This document shows positions 24,015-32,534 of a DNA stretch of 34,928 nt, piece by piece; the first letter of the stretch is position 1; each line of letters begins with the position of its first letter. The position numbers and the translations under genes are program-made. The notes under the pieces are model-generated. The model was given only the letters and a program-made list of their open reading frames with translations. It was not told the origin of the DNA and did not search any database. This stretch comes from Solirubrobacteraceae bacterium (GTDB taxonomy: Bacteria; Actinomycetota; Thermoleophilia; Solirubrobacterales; Solirubrobacteraceae). Location: NCBI GenBank assembly GCA_036743695.1, contig DAINPC010000002.1:1-34928 (forward strand). The letters are read 5' to 3'.

Positions 24015-25904
24015 TCAGCCGCCCTTGGGCGGAGCAGCGGGCTTGACGACGGACACGGTGGGCGAGGTGGCGAGCAGTTCGCCGCCCGCTCCCAGCGCCT
24101 GCACGGCCACGTACGCGTAGGCGTCCGGGAACGTCACCGAGCTCTCGAAGCCGCTGTCGGGCATCGTCGCCTGCGGGGTGATCGAGCTGCGGCTGTTGCC
24201 GGCGAGCACGCGCCACGAGGCCACGTTGGTGGCGCCGTTCCAGCTCGCGAACACTGCGGTGGAGTCGCCCGTTACGAGCACCCTGGCCCTGACTGCGGGC
24301 AGCGACAGCGGATGCCCCGCCCACGGGTAGCGGAAGGCGCGGTAGGAGGAGGATCCGGGCGGCAGGTGGGCGTCCAGGAGCAGCCCCCCGCTCTTTGTCA
24401 GCTCGCTCACGCTGGGAATGGCGCCCCAGCCGATCAGCACGTCTTCATTGGGCAGCGTCTGCATGTTGCCCTGGCTGTCCGCCAGCAGCGGGCCGCGGGG
24501 GTGCGGATATACGGCGAGGACACGCGCCTGGTGGCGGGCTGTGTCGAGCGCCACGCGCACGCCACGCGACTGGTAGTGGATGCGCGGGTTGGAGCCGTCG
24601 TCGAACACCGTGACCGTCCCGTCGGCGTGGATGCGGGCGTCGTGCTGCCACGCGGTCGCCGCGCCGGGTCCCATTGCAAAGCTGCTCTTGTTGCCGCCCA
24701 GACGCCAGCGGATCACGCCCGAGCCCTTGGCCAGCTGGTAGGTCGCCCAGGTGCTGCGCGCGGAGATCAGCACGTCGCCGTTGGGCTCCGGGTCGACCGA
24801 GTTGAGGTGGAACCAGTCCCACGGCGTTGCCTCGTCGGGGAGGGGGGCGTGGGACTCGCCGACGCCGACGTGATCGAGGCTGTGCCACTCCCAGCGGACG
24901 AGCCCCGTCTTGATGTCCACCGCCTGCACCGCCGTGTCGATGATCACGCCGTTGCGCACGCCGCCGACCGGGGTGAGGTCGCAGCGCATGACGTTGTAGG
25001 CGGTGATGTAGGCGACGTGGTTGGAGACGATCTGGAAGTCGTGCAGATCCGCCTGGTAGCCGTTGCCCGCGCGCACCGTTGCCACCGTCTGGTAGTTGGA
25101 GTCCATGACGATGTCCTCGCCCTCGCCAAAGCCGGCCGACAGCACCCGCCCCTGCCACCAGGTGAGGTCCCGCTGGCCCTCGTAGCTCTGCGCGCTGAGG
25201 TTCAGCGCGTTGACCTCCTGGGGCAGCTGGTCGAACCACACCAGCCGGCCCTGCGGCGTGTAGATCAGCGGTCCGGGCTCCCCGGGGCCGGGGCCGACGG
25301 TCATCATCAGATCGCCCGCCGACGGGTCCCGGTCGGCGGATGTCACTTCGAGGATCGGCGGATGCAGGCCGGGCGCCGACACGAAGCTCTGATAGGAGGA
25401 GCTGGGCGCGGCCGGGTTGGGGAAGCCGGGTATCCCCTTGGTGGTATAGGGCGTGGCGATGCGGAACGCGAAGGAGACGCGGCGTTCGCTGCCGGCGCGA
25501 CCAAGCAGCGCGCGCACGACCACGCGCTCGCCGGTGTCGAAGTGCTTGTTTGGGACGAAGCTGCCGCCATCGCCCTGGAAATAGCCGTAGACGTGGCCGT
25601 AGTGGTAGCCCGTGCGCGACCCTTCCACCGAGACATCCTGGATGTCGGTGACGGGCTCGCCGAGGAAGCTGATCTGGGTGTCGGGGTTGGCCGTGTCGGT
25701 CCCGGGCGCCGGAGATACGCTCACGGGCGTCCCCGCAAGCGCCGCGCTGTGGTCGATGCTCGCCGGCAGGCACACCGGCGAGGGCCCGCTCGGCGGCACC
25801 ACGCTGCGCGCACCGGAGGAGAGACTGCTGGTGCCGAGGACGATCGCCACCGTCACCCACGCGACGACCGCGATCACCAGGACGATGTATCCGTTCCTTC
25901 TCAT
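24015..25904 (-). CDS. Arylsulfotransferase (ASST) family protein with N-terminal membrane anchor/signal, paralog 4
   Basis: MRRNGYIVLVIAVVAWVTVAIVLG; DLHDFQ, WFHLNS, ISARS, WQHD, FDDG, SQGNMQ, FASWNGAT; stop lies 1 nt before the MFS start. Confidence 0.88.
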   Translation of the reverse strand: MRRNGYIVLVIAVVAWVTVAIVLGTSSLSSGARSVVPPSGPSPVCLPASIDHSAALAGTPVSVSPAPGTDTANPDTQISFLGEPVTDIQDVSVEGSRTGYHYGHVYGYFQGDGGSFVPNKHFDTGERVVVRALLGRAGSERRVSFAFRIATPYTTKGIPGFPNPAAPSSSYQSFVSAPGLHPPILEVTSADRDPSAGDLMMTVGPGPGEPGPLIYTPQGRLVWFDQLPQEVNALNLSAQSYEGQRDLTWWQGRVLSAGFGEGEDIVMDSNYQTVATVRAGNGYQADLHDFQIVSNHVAYITAYNVMRCDLTPVGGVRNGVIIDTAVQAVDIKTGLVRWEWHSLDHVGVGESHAPLPDEATPWDWFHLNSVDPEPNGDVLISARSTWATYQLAKGSGVIRWRLGGNKSSFAMGPGAATAWQHDARIHADGTVTVFDDGSNPRIHYQSRGVRVALDTARHQARVLAVYPHPRGPLLADSQGNMQTLPNEDVLIGWGAIPSVSELTKSGGLLLDAHLPPGSSSYRAFRYPWAGHPLSLPAVRARVLVTGDSTAVFASWNGATNVASWRVLAGNSRSSITPQATMPDSGFESSVTFPDAYAYVAVQALGAGGELLATSPTVSVVKPAAPPKGG

Positions 25905-26148
25905 ATGAGCTCGGAGGCCCGCCGGCAGGACGCACGGGCGCTGAGGCCGACCGTCGAGCGATCCACGCCTCACCTGCAACCCCCCGGGTCCATGCGGAGT
26001 CCGTGCAGGCAGACAATACCGGGGAACCCCGCCGGCCCGGGCCAGTTTGCTGGCATTGCGCGCATCCTTACCCAGTTCTTAGCGCCCCCGGAGCGCGTGA
26101 ATTGGAAGCGGCCCGCGGGGCGCTGCTGATGACGTACGCTCTGAGTCG

Positions 26149-26841
26149 GTGCCCGTCAGGCGATCTCTTCCACTGGTTGCAACCGCCGCCCTGGCCGCTG
26201 TCGCGCTGTCGCCGGCGCGCGCGGGCGCGAGCAGCGCGGACGTGGCGAGCACGAAGACCTACATCCAGGCCAACTACGCGCTCGTGCAGGCGGCGAGGTC
26301 ACATCTCACAGCCGCCGAACACGCCCCGCGGCGGGTCCTCGCCCAAGTCCGGCGCGAATGCCCCATGGCCGCCGCCGAATCGCCCCAGAACGCCGACTCG
26401 ACACAGATGAGCAACGAGGTCATCGGCGCGATGGTTCTCACCGCCTACCACCTGGACCGCCCGGCGGGCAAGGGGTTCGTGCGGGCGGTCAGTCGCCTGC
26501 ACCTGGGCGACAGGCGCCTGGCCAACGCTGTCAGGGGCTACGCAAACCAGCTGGGGACGCTGTTGGAGCTCCCCGTGCCGAACCTGTGCGCGGACGTCAG
26601 GGCCTGGGTGGCGAGCGCCTATGAGACGCTGCCCGCCAGCACCGCCAGCTTCGACCGGCGGTTCATGCCCGCCTGGGTCGCCATCGGGTTGCTGCCCGGA
26701 CGGCTGTCGGCATACGAGCGCCCGGAAGAGCAGGGGGTGCTCGCGCGCACCCGCGCAATCGAAGTCCAGATCACCGACGCCGAAGCCAGGGCCGTCGAAA
26801 CGTGGGGAGAGATCATGAACGAGCTGGGGCTCTCGCCCTAG
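26149..26841 (+). CDS. Secreted hypothetical protein, predicted mostly helical
   Basis: Signal peptide (ARA-GASSA); good codon bias; two Cys (RECP, NLCAD); TACGCT 8 nt before the GTG. Confidence 0.7.
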   Translation: MPVRRSLPLVATAALAAVALSPARAGASSADVASTKTYIQANYALVQAARSHLTAAEHAPRRVLAQVRRECPMAAAESPQNADSTQMSNEVIGAMVLTAYHLDRPAGKGFVRAVSRLHLGDRRLANAVRGYANQLGTLLELPVPNLCADVRAWVASAYETLPASTASFDRRFMPAWVAIGLLPGRLSAYERPEEQGVLARTRAIEVQITDAEARAVETWGEIMNELGLSP

Positions 26842-26847
26842 AGCTGC

Positions 26848-29592
26848 TCAGGCCACCGCCCGCAGGTGCCGATAGGGGACGCCGCGCAGCTCGCGCACGA
26901 GGGCGTCCACGATCGCCTCCTCGTCCTCCTCGCGGCCGTCGGTGACCGCGCTGATCACCGCACGCTTGCGCTCCAGCAGGGCGGAGATCGTCTCGTCGAT
27001 CGTGCCCGCCGCCAGCAGGTAGTAGGCGTTGACCGCGTCCTGCTGGCCGATGCGGTGGCAGCGGTCCTCGGCCTGGTCGTGCTTGGCGGGCGTCCAGTCG
27101 AGCTCCAGGAAGACGACGTTGGAGGAGCGCGTCAGCGTGAGGCCGTGGCCGGCGGCCTCGATCGAGCAGACGATCAGCTGGTTCTCGGGGACGTCGGGCC
27201 CCTGGAAGGCTTGAAGTGCCGCGTCCCGGGCCGCGTGGCTGTCGGAGCCGAGGATGTGCAGAGCCGCGGGGAAGTGCTCGAGCACGGCCCGCTGGATCTC
27301 GCGGTGGTGGGCGAACACCACCAGCCGCTCGCCCGATGAGCAGAAGTCGTGGATCCAGGTGAGCGCCGCGTGCAGCTTCCCGCGCGCGGCCAGCACCTTG
27401 AGCGCGTTCAGCCGCACCAGGCGCTCCGCGCGCATCGCCGCGGCCACCTTCGCGTCGAGCTCGCGCAGGTCGAGCGGTTGACTGCGAAGCCAGCCCACGA
27501 GGTCGCGCTCCGCATGCCGATACTCGGGCTCGTTGTCCAGCTCGACCGGCACCACCGCGCGGGTCTTGGCGGGCAGCTGCTGGAGCACATCCGCCTTCAG
27601 GCGGCGCACGAAGCAGCGCGCCCGCAGGTGCCAGTGCAGACGCAGGTGGGCATCGGGCCCGCGGAAGCGCTCGCCGAACTTCACGCCCGAGCCGAAGTCC
27701 TCCAGCCGCCCGAGGATGCGCAGCTGCGAGATCAGCTCCGCCGGGCGGTTGACCACGGGCGTGCCCGTGAGCGCGAGCACCAGCGCCTCGCGCGGCATCT
27801 CCGCGGAGAGACGCTGCGCGGCCTGGGTGCGCTTGGCTGCGGCGTTCTTGCAGTAGTGGGACTCGTCGAGCACGAGCGCCTGCGGGGCCAGCCTGTGCAG
27901 CTCGTCCAACCTGGGGGCCAGGATGTCGTAGTTGACGACCGTGATGTCCGCCGCGGGGATCCGCTCGCCGGCGCCGTTGCCGGACAGCGCCTGTGCGGTG
28001 CGGGCGGGAAGCCAGCGCTGCAGCTCGCGCAGCCAGTTGAGCTTGAGGCTCGCGGGGCACACCACGACCGCGGGATAGGCGCCCACCGCCTCGATCGTGG
28101 CGAGCGCCTCGATCGTCTTGCCGAGACCCTGCTCGTCGGACAGGAACGCCCGCCGCTGGGAGAGCAGGTAGCTCACTCCCGCACGCTGGAACGGCTTGAG
28201 CTCGCCGCCCAGGCCCGGGATCTCGAGCGGCGCGTCGGTTGCGCTCGACAGCTCCACAAGGCCGGCCGCGGCGGCGTGCTGCTCGCGGATCTCCTGCAGC
28301 AGCGTCAGCGCGTCCGGGTCCACCCAGACCGAGCCCGCCGCCAGGAAGCGGTCGAGCTCGGGCACGCAGAACGGGTCGGCGCGGATGGCCGCCAGCCGGG
28401 CGTGCTCGCGCCCCGCTCCGCGCAGCGGCTGAGACCGCGGCGGCAGCACCCCCCGCATCCCGGCGAACCGCTCCAGCAGCGACTCGTCGTGGCCGGGGGC
28501 GAGCACGAAGCTGTCCTCCTCGTGGGCGCTGGAGCGCTCCAGAACCGCCGGCGGGGCCGCGCGGCCGGCTCGCAGCGCCGCCACGCAGCGTTTGGCCGCG
28601 GGGCTCATCCAGCCGTCGAGATGCGCCTCGATCAGGCTCCAGGAGTCGAGCGTCAACGCCACGGCCGCGCCGCCGGGGACGCTCGCCGCTCGCTCCCTGA
28701 GTGCCCGGGGCAGGCGCGCGACGTCGCCCAGCAGCAGGAACACGGGCGCATCGCTCGGTCCCTGGACCTCGATGTTCCCGCGCCAGGTCGTCGCCCGCGC
28801 CAGCCAGGCCGAAACGCGCGGGTCGACGTCGGCGTCCTCGAGGTGCTCGAGCAGCGCGAGCAGCTGCTCGGCGTCGTGCTCGACGGCCGCCAGCCCGATC
28901 GAGCCACCGGGAGCCTCCAGCGCACGCAGTCCGCCCTGCCCCGCGAGCACGCGGGCGAGCGGCGCATGCGCGGCGGCGACCAGGATCCAGTGCTCGCCGC
29001 GGCGGTCGCGGCGGAATTCAACGTCGAAGCGTAGCTGGGAGCCGGGCTCGCCGACCGGGCGCTCGCCCGACGGGCCATCCGCGCGCCCGCCCCTGTCCAG
29101 CAGGGCGCGGCGCGCGTGATCGCTCAGGCGCAGGCCGATCGTCGATTCCTCGCCCAGGCGCTCCAGCAGACCGGCTGCGTGGTCGTCGAGCGGAACGAGC
29201 GCCCGGCCGATCGCCGGGAGATCGCGGGCGTGCGGGTGCTCCAGCAGGGCCGCCACGGGCTCGGGCGCGGCGTCCGTGGCGAAGCTGAGCCACCAGTCCT
29301 CATCCGGGCGCGCCAGGTCCACGAGGCACTCGCCGCGCGGGCGCCTGGCGCGCCGGCGCCTGATCGCGCGGTCGAGCGCCGCGGTGACCTGCGGCTCGTG
29401 CGGAAGGCCCGCGAACAGGCGCGCGAGCGCCTCCGCCTGGTCGGGACCGAGCGGAATGCACCACGCGCGCTCGGCGGGATCCCAGCGGCGGCCGGGGATC
29501 GCGCGCAGCAGCTGGCGCAGGCCGTCGTCGTAGGGGAAGCGCAGCACCGCTTCGTCGCGGGCCAGCTCGGCTGAGAAGGGCGCGTGGGACAC
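26848..29592 (-). CDS. SNF2-family helicase-like ATPase, SMARCAL1/HARP-like
   Basis: DEQGLGKT, VVCPASL, DESH, LTGTP, GHGLTLT, QAEDRCHRIGQ; N-terminal LRFPYD...IPGRRWDP..RAW. Start uncertain (GTG 29592 or ATG 29640). Confidence 0.9.
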   Translation of the reverse strand: MSHAPFSAELARDEAVLRFPYDDGLRQLLRAIPGRRWDPAERAWCIPLGPDQAEALARLFAGLPHEPQVTAALDRAIRRRRARRPRGECLVDLARPDEDWWLSFATDAAPEPVAALLEHPHARDLPAIGRALVPLDDHAAGLLERLGEESTIGLRLSDHARRALLDRGGRADGPSGERPVGEPGSQLRFDVEFRRDRRGEHWILVAAAHAPLARVLAGQGGLRALEAPGGSIGLAAVEHDAEQLLALLEHLEDADVDPRVSAWLARATTWRGNIEVQGPSDAPVFLLLGDVARLPRALRERAASVPGGAAVALTLDSWSLIEAHLDGWMSPAAKRCVAALRAGRAAPPAVLERSSAHEEDSFVLAPGHDESLLERFAGMRGVLPPRSQPLRGAGREHARLAAIRADPFCVPELDRFLAAGSVWVDPDALTLLQEIREQHAAAAGLVELSSATDAPLEIPGLGGELKPFQRAGVSYLLSQRRAFLSDEQGLGKTIEALATIEAVGAYPAVVVCPASLKLNWLRELQRWLPARTAQALSGNGAGERIPAADITVVNYDILAPRLDELHRLAPQALVLDESHYCKNAAAKRTQAAQRLSAEMPREALVLALTGTPVVNRPAELISQLRILGRLEDFGSGVKFGERFRGPDAHLRLHWHLRARCFVRRLKADVLQQLPAKTRAVVPVELDNEPEYRHAERDLVGWLRSQPLDLRELDAKVAAAMRAERLVRLNALKVLAARGKLHAALTWIHDFCSSGERLVVFAHHREIQRAVLEHFPAALHILGSDSHAARDAALQAFQGPDVPENQLIVCSIEAAGHGLTLTRSSNVVFLELDWTPAKHDQAEDRCHRIGQQDAVNAYYLLAAGTIDETISALLERKRAVISAVTDGREEDEEAIVDALVRELRGVPYRHLRAVA

Positions 29593-29696
29593 GAACCCAG
29601 CACGATAGGCGCGAACGGGGATGGGTTGGGGTCGCGTCATCCGGAGGCTAGGGTGGGTGATATCGAGCAACAGTCCAACCGGGGAGCGCAGAGGCG

Positions 29697-30716
29697 ATGG
29701 CGAGCATGAGGGCGGTGCAGGTGAGCGAGGCAGGCGGCCCGTTGGAGATGGTGGAGCGCGAGGTGCCAGTCCCCGGCCGTGGCGAGGCGCTCGTGCGCGT
29801 GCAGGCCTGCGGCGTCTGCCACAGCGACTCCTTCGCCAAGGAGGGCGGCTATCCGGGCGTCAGCTATCCGCTCGTCCCCGGCCACGAGATCGCGGGCGTG
29901 ATCGACGCGCTCGGCGCGGAGGTGCACGGCTGGGAGGTCGGCCAGCGGGTCGGCGTGGGCTGGTTCGGAGGCAACTGCGGCCACTGCCATGCGTGCCGCC
30001 GCGGCGATCTGATCAGCTGCCAGAACATGGGCATCCCCGGGATCACCTTCGACGGCGGCTACGCCGACTACGTGCTCGTGAAGGCATCGGCGATGGCGCT
30101 GATGCCGGACGAGCTGGCGGCCGAGGAGGCCGCGCCGCTGCTTTGCGCGGGCATCACCACCTACAACGCGCTGCGCCAGAGCGGCGCGCGCGCGGGCGAT
30201 CTCGTGGCGATCCTGGGCGTCGGCGGCCTCGGTCACCTCGGCGTCCAGTTCGCGGCCAAGCTCGGCTTCGACACGGTCGCGATCGCGCGCGGAGGCGAGA
30301 AGGAGGAGCTCTCGCGGCGGCTCGGCGCGCGCCACTACATCGACAGCACCGCCCAGGACCCGGCGGCCGAGCTGACCCGCCTCGGGGGCGCACGCGTGAT
30401 CCTCGCCACGGTCACCAATGCCGCCGCGATGACCGCCGTCCTCGGTGGCCTCGGCCTGCGCGGCAGGCTGGTCGTGGTCGGCGCCTCGATGGAACCGATG
30501 CAGTTCCCGCCGGCGATGCTGATCGGCGGCAACAAATCGATCGCCGGGCACGCCTCCGGCAGCTCCGGGGACTCCGAGGACACGCTCGCCTTCAGCGTGC
30601 TCGCAGACGTGCGACCGATGATCGAGACGCTCCCGCTCGAGCGTGCCGCCGAGGCCTACGAGCGGATGATGAGCGGCGAGGCGCGCTTCCGGATGGTGCT
30701 GAGCACCGGCGCCTGA
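29697..30716 (+). CDS. Zinc-dependent alcohol dehydrogenase
   Basis: CGVCHSD, GHE, structural Zn site CGHCHAC...C, LLCAGITTY, GVGGLG, ARFRMVL. Confidence 0.95.
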   Translation: MASMRAVQVSEAGGPLEMVEREVPVPGRGEALVRVQACGVCHSDSFAKEGGYPGVSYPLVPGHEIAGVIDALGAEVHGWEVGQRVGVGWFGGNCGHCHACRRGDLISCQNMGIPGITFDGGYADYVLVKASAMALMPDELAAEEAAPLLCAGITTYNALRQSGARAGDLVAILGVGGLGHLGVQFAAKLGFDTVAIARGGEKEELSRRLGARHYIDSTAQDPAAELTRLGGARVILATVTNAAAMTAVLGGLGLRGRLVVVGASMEPMQFPPAMLIGGNKSIAGHASGSSGDSEDTLAFSVLADVRPMIETLPLERAAEAYERMMSGEARFRMVLSTGA

Positions 30717-30764
30717 AGGGCGTGTGCGGCGGGCGGTCGGGGCCGAGGGACGGCGCGGCGACGC

Positions 30765-31193
30765 TCAGGCGTCGTGGTCCACCTTCGCGAGCGCAGCGGT
30801 GATCGAGCGCGTCAGCGTCGCGCGCACGATCGCGGCGACCCCCGGGATCGGCGAGGCCAGCCGGATGTCGTAGACGAAGTCGGTTCCGCCTGCGGCGGCG
30901 GCGAAGGTCATCACGCCGACGTGCCCGCGCAGCGGGCTGCCCTTGGTGATGCGGTAGACGATCCGCTCGGGAGCCACGAGCTCGGTGACCGTCTCCTCGA
31001 ACGCGGGGAGCGGGCCGATCTTCAGCTGCCGCACGGAGCCGACACCGTTGCGCTGGCCATCCTCGCCGTCGCGCAGACGGGTGATCTTCGCGCCGAAGAC
31101 CTCGGCGAGGTTCTCGTGCTCGGCCAGGTAGGCGAAGATCGCATCCGGCGGCTTGGCGAAGCGGTGCTCTACATGGACGTGGTGCGCGCGCAC
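30765..31193 (-). CDS. SRPBCC (polyketide cyclase/START-like) family protein
   Basis: PPDAIFAYL, GVGSVR, EETVTE, RIVYRI, C-terminal helix; likely leaderless GTG 31193 (TAGGAT 7 nt upstream); alternative ATG 31202. Confidence 0.85.
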   Translation of the reverse strand: MRAHHVHVEHRFAKPPDAIFAYLAEHENLAEVFGAKITRLRDGEDGQRNGVGSVRQLKIGPLPAFEETVTELVAPERIVYRITKGSPLRGHVGVMTFAAAAGGTDFVYDIRLASPIPGVAAIVRATLTRSITAALAKVDHDA

Positions 31194-31217
31194 GCGGACC
31201 ATCCTATTGCCCGGGGC

Positions 31218-31250
31218 GCGGCCGCCGCCGCGCGAGGTCGCGGCGGCCGC
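31218..31250 (-). terminator. Hairpin immediately after the channel gene stop
   Basis: Perfect 11-bp inverted repeat GCGGCCGCCGC (31218-31228) / GCGGCGGCCGC (31240-31250). Confidence 0.55.
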
Positions 31251-32300
31251 TCAGCGCCCGCCCGAGCGCGCGTCGGAGACATCCTCGAGGCGCTCCAGCG
31301 CGGTCGGCGTGCCCATCGCCATGATCACGTCGCCGGAGAGCAGCTGCGTCTCGGCCGGCGGCTGGGGCTGGAAGTCCACGCCGCGGCGCAGGCCCACGAT
31401 CATGGAGCCGCCGCGGATGTCGCCGACCGTCTGGCCCACCGCCGCGCAACCCTCCTGCACCTGGATCTCCTCCATGCGGTATTCCGCGTCGACGTCCACC
31501 ACGCCGCTCAGCTGGGGGTGCAGAGCCAGGCGGGCCATCTCGGTGCCGCTGGCCTTGTAGGGGGAGATCACGCGGTCGGCGCCCGCCCGCTTGAGCTTCT
31601 TCTCGGTGTCCTCGATAGCGGCGCGGGCCACGATCGGGATGTCCGCTCGCAACTCGCGCGCGGTGAGCGTGATGAACACGTTGTCCGCGTCGGAGTCCGC
31701 GCAGGCGATGATCGAGCGGGCTCGCGCGATCCCGGCCTGGACCAGCACCTCGTCATCGGCGGCGTCGCCCTCGATGAAGCTGATGCCCAGCCCCTCGGCG
31801 CGGTGGCGGTTGCGGTCGTCCGCATCGACCACCACGTAGTCGGCACGCGCGCCATGCAGGTCGCTGGCCACCTGGCGGCCCACGCGGCCGAAGCCGCAGA
31901 TGATGTGGTGGTCGGTGAGCGAGTCGATCATCTTCTGCATGCGCCGGGCTGCAAGCAGGTCGCCGAGGTGCCCGGCGACGAAGAACTCGGTGACGGTGGC
32001 CAGCGCGTAGAAGAGCGTACCTACGCCCAGCACGGTCAGCGCGACCTGCACGATCTGCCCGGCGGTGGAGTGCGGCTGCGGAAAGCCGCCTACGGTGGCG
32101 GCCGTGTCCAGCGCCCAGCGGAAGCCGTACCAGAGCCCCACGCCCTCGCTGAGCGCCAGCCCGATCGCGCCCATCAGCAGCAGCCCGGCGGCGATCGCGC
32201 CGAGCGTGGCGACGCGCCGAGCGAAGATCGTCAGCTGCCGATGTGTGGCCGGACCGGAGCGGTCGGGGACACGGTGCAGGATCCGGTCGAGGTCGGCCAC
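31251..32300 (-). CDS. 2TM potassium-channel-family protein with RCK (TrkA-N/TrkA-C) domains
   Basis: TM-pore-TM with WALDTAATVGGFP; HIICGFGRVG Rossmann motif; GDAADDEVL..AGI..A; AGADRVISP; TrkA-C tail. Likely start GTG 32300. Confidence 0.9.
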   Translation of the reverse strand: MADLDRILHRVPDRSGPATHRQLTIFARRVATLGAIAAGLLLMGAIGLALSEGVGLWYGFRWALDTAATVGGFPQPHSTAGQIVQVALTVLGVGTLFYALATVTEFFVAGHLGDLLAARRMQKMIDSLTDHHIICGFGRVGRQVASDLHGARADYVVVDADDRNRHRAEGLGISFIEGDAADDEVLVQAGIARARSIIACADSDADNVFITLTARELRADIPIVARAAIEDTEKKLKRAGADRVISPYKASGTEMARLALHPQLSGVVDVDAEYRMEEIQVQEGCAAVGQTVGDIRGGSMIVGLRRGVDFQPQPPAETQLLSGDVIMAMGTPTALERLEDVSDARSGGR

Positions 32301-32534
32301 GAGGAGCCACGATAATGGCGGCGCGCGACGCGAAGCTGGAGCGCAGGCGCCGGCGCGAGCGGCAGTAGGCGCCGCTCCCGGCCTTGCGCTCCACCGGCGT
32401 GGGCTGCCGAGCGGCTCCACCGGCCCGGCTTCGGCTATAAGCAACGGTGATCGTGCGTATGTGCACGACTGGGTCATCGTGTGCGCAGCGGCGCGGCGGC
32501 GGCCGGCCAACAAGAACACGGGAGGAACACCTCA

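Noticed and set aside
23802..26129. 775-aa plus-strand ORF antisense to ASST4 and the MFS (similarly 20721..22157, 27349..29034, 30774..32315)
   Set aside because: Antisense mirrors caused by codon bias; no recognisable domains.
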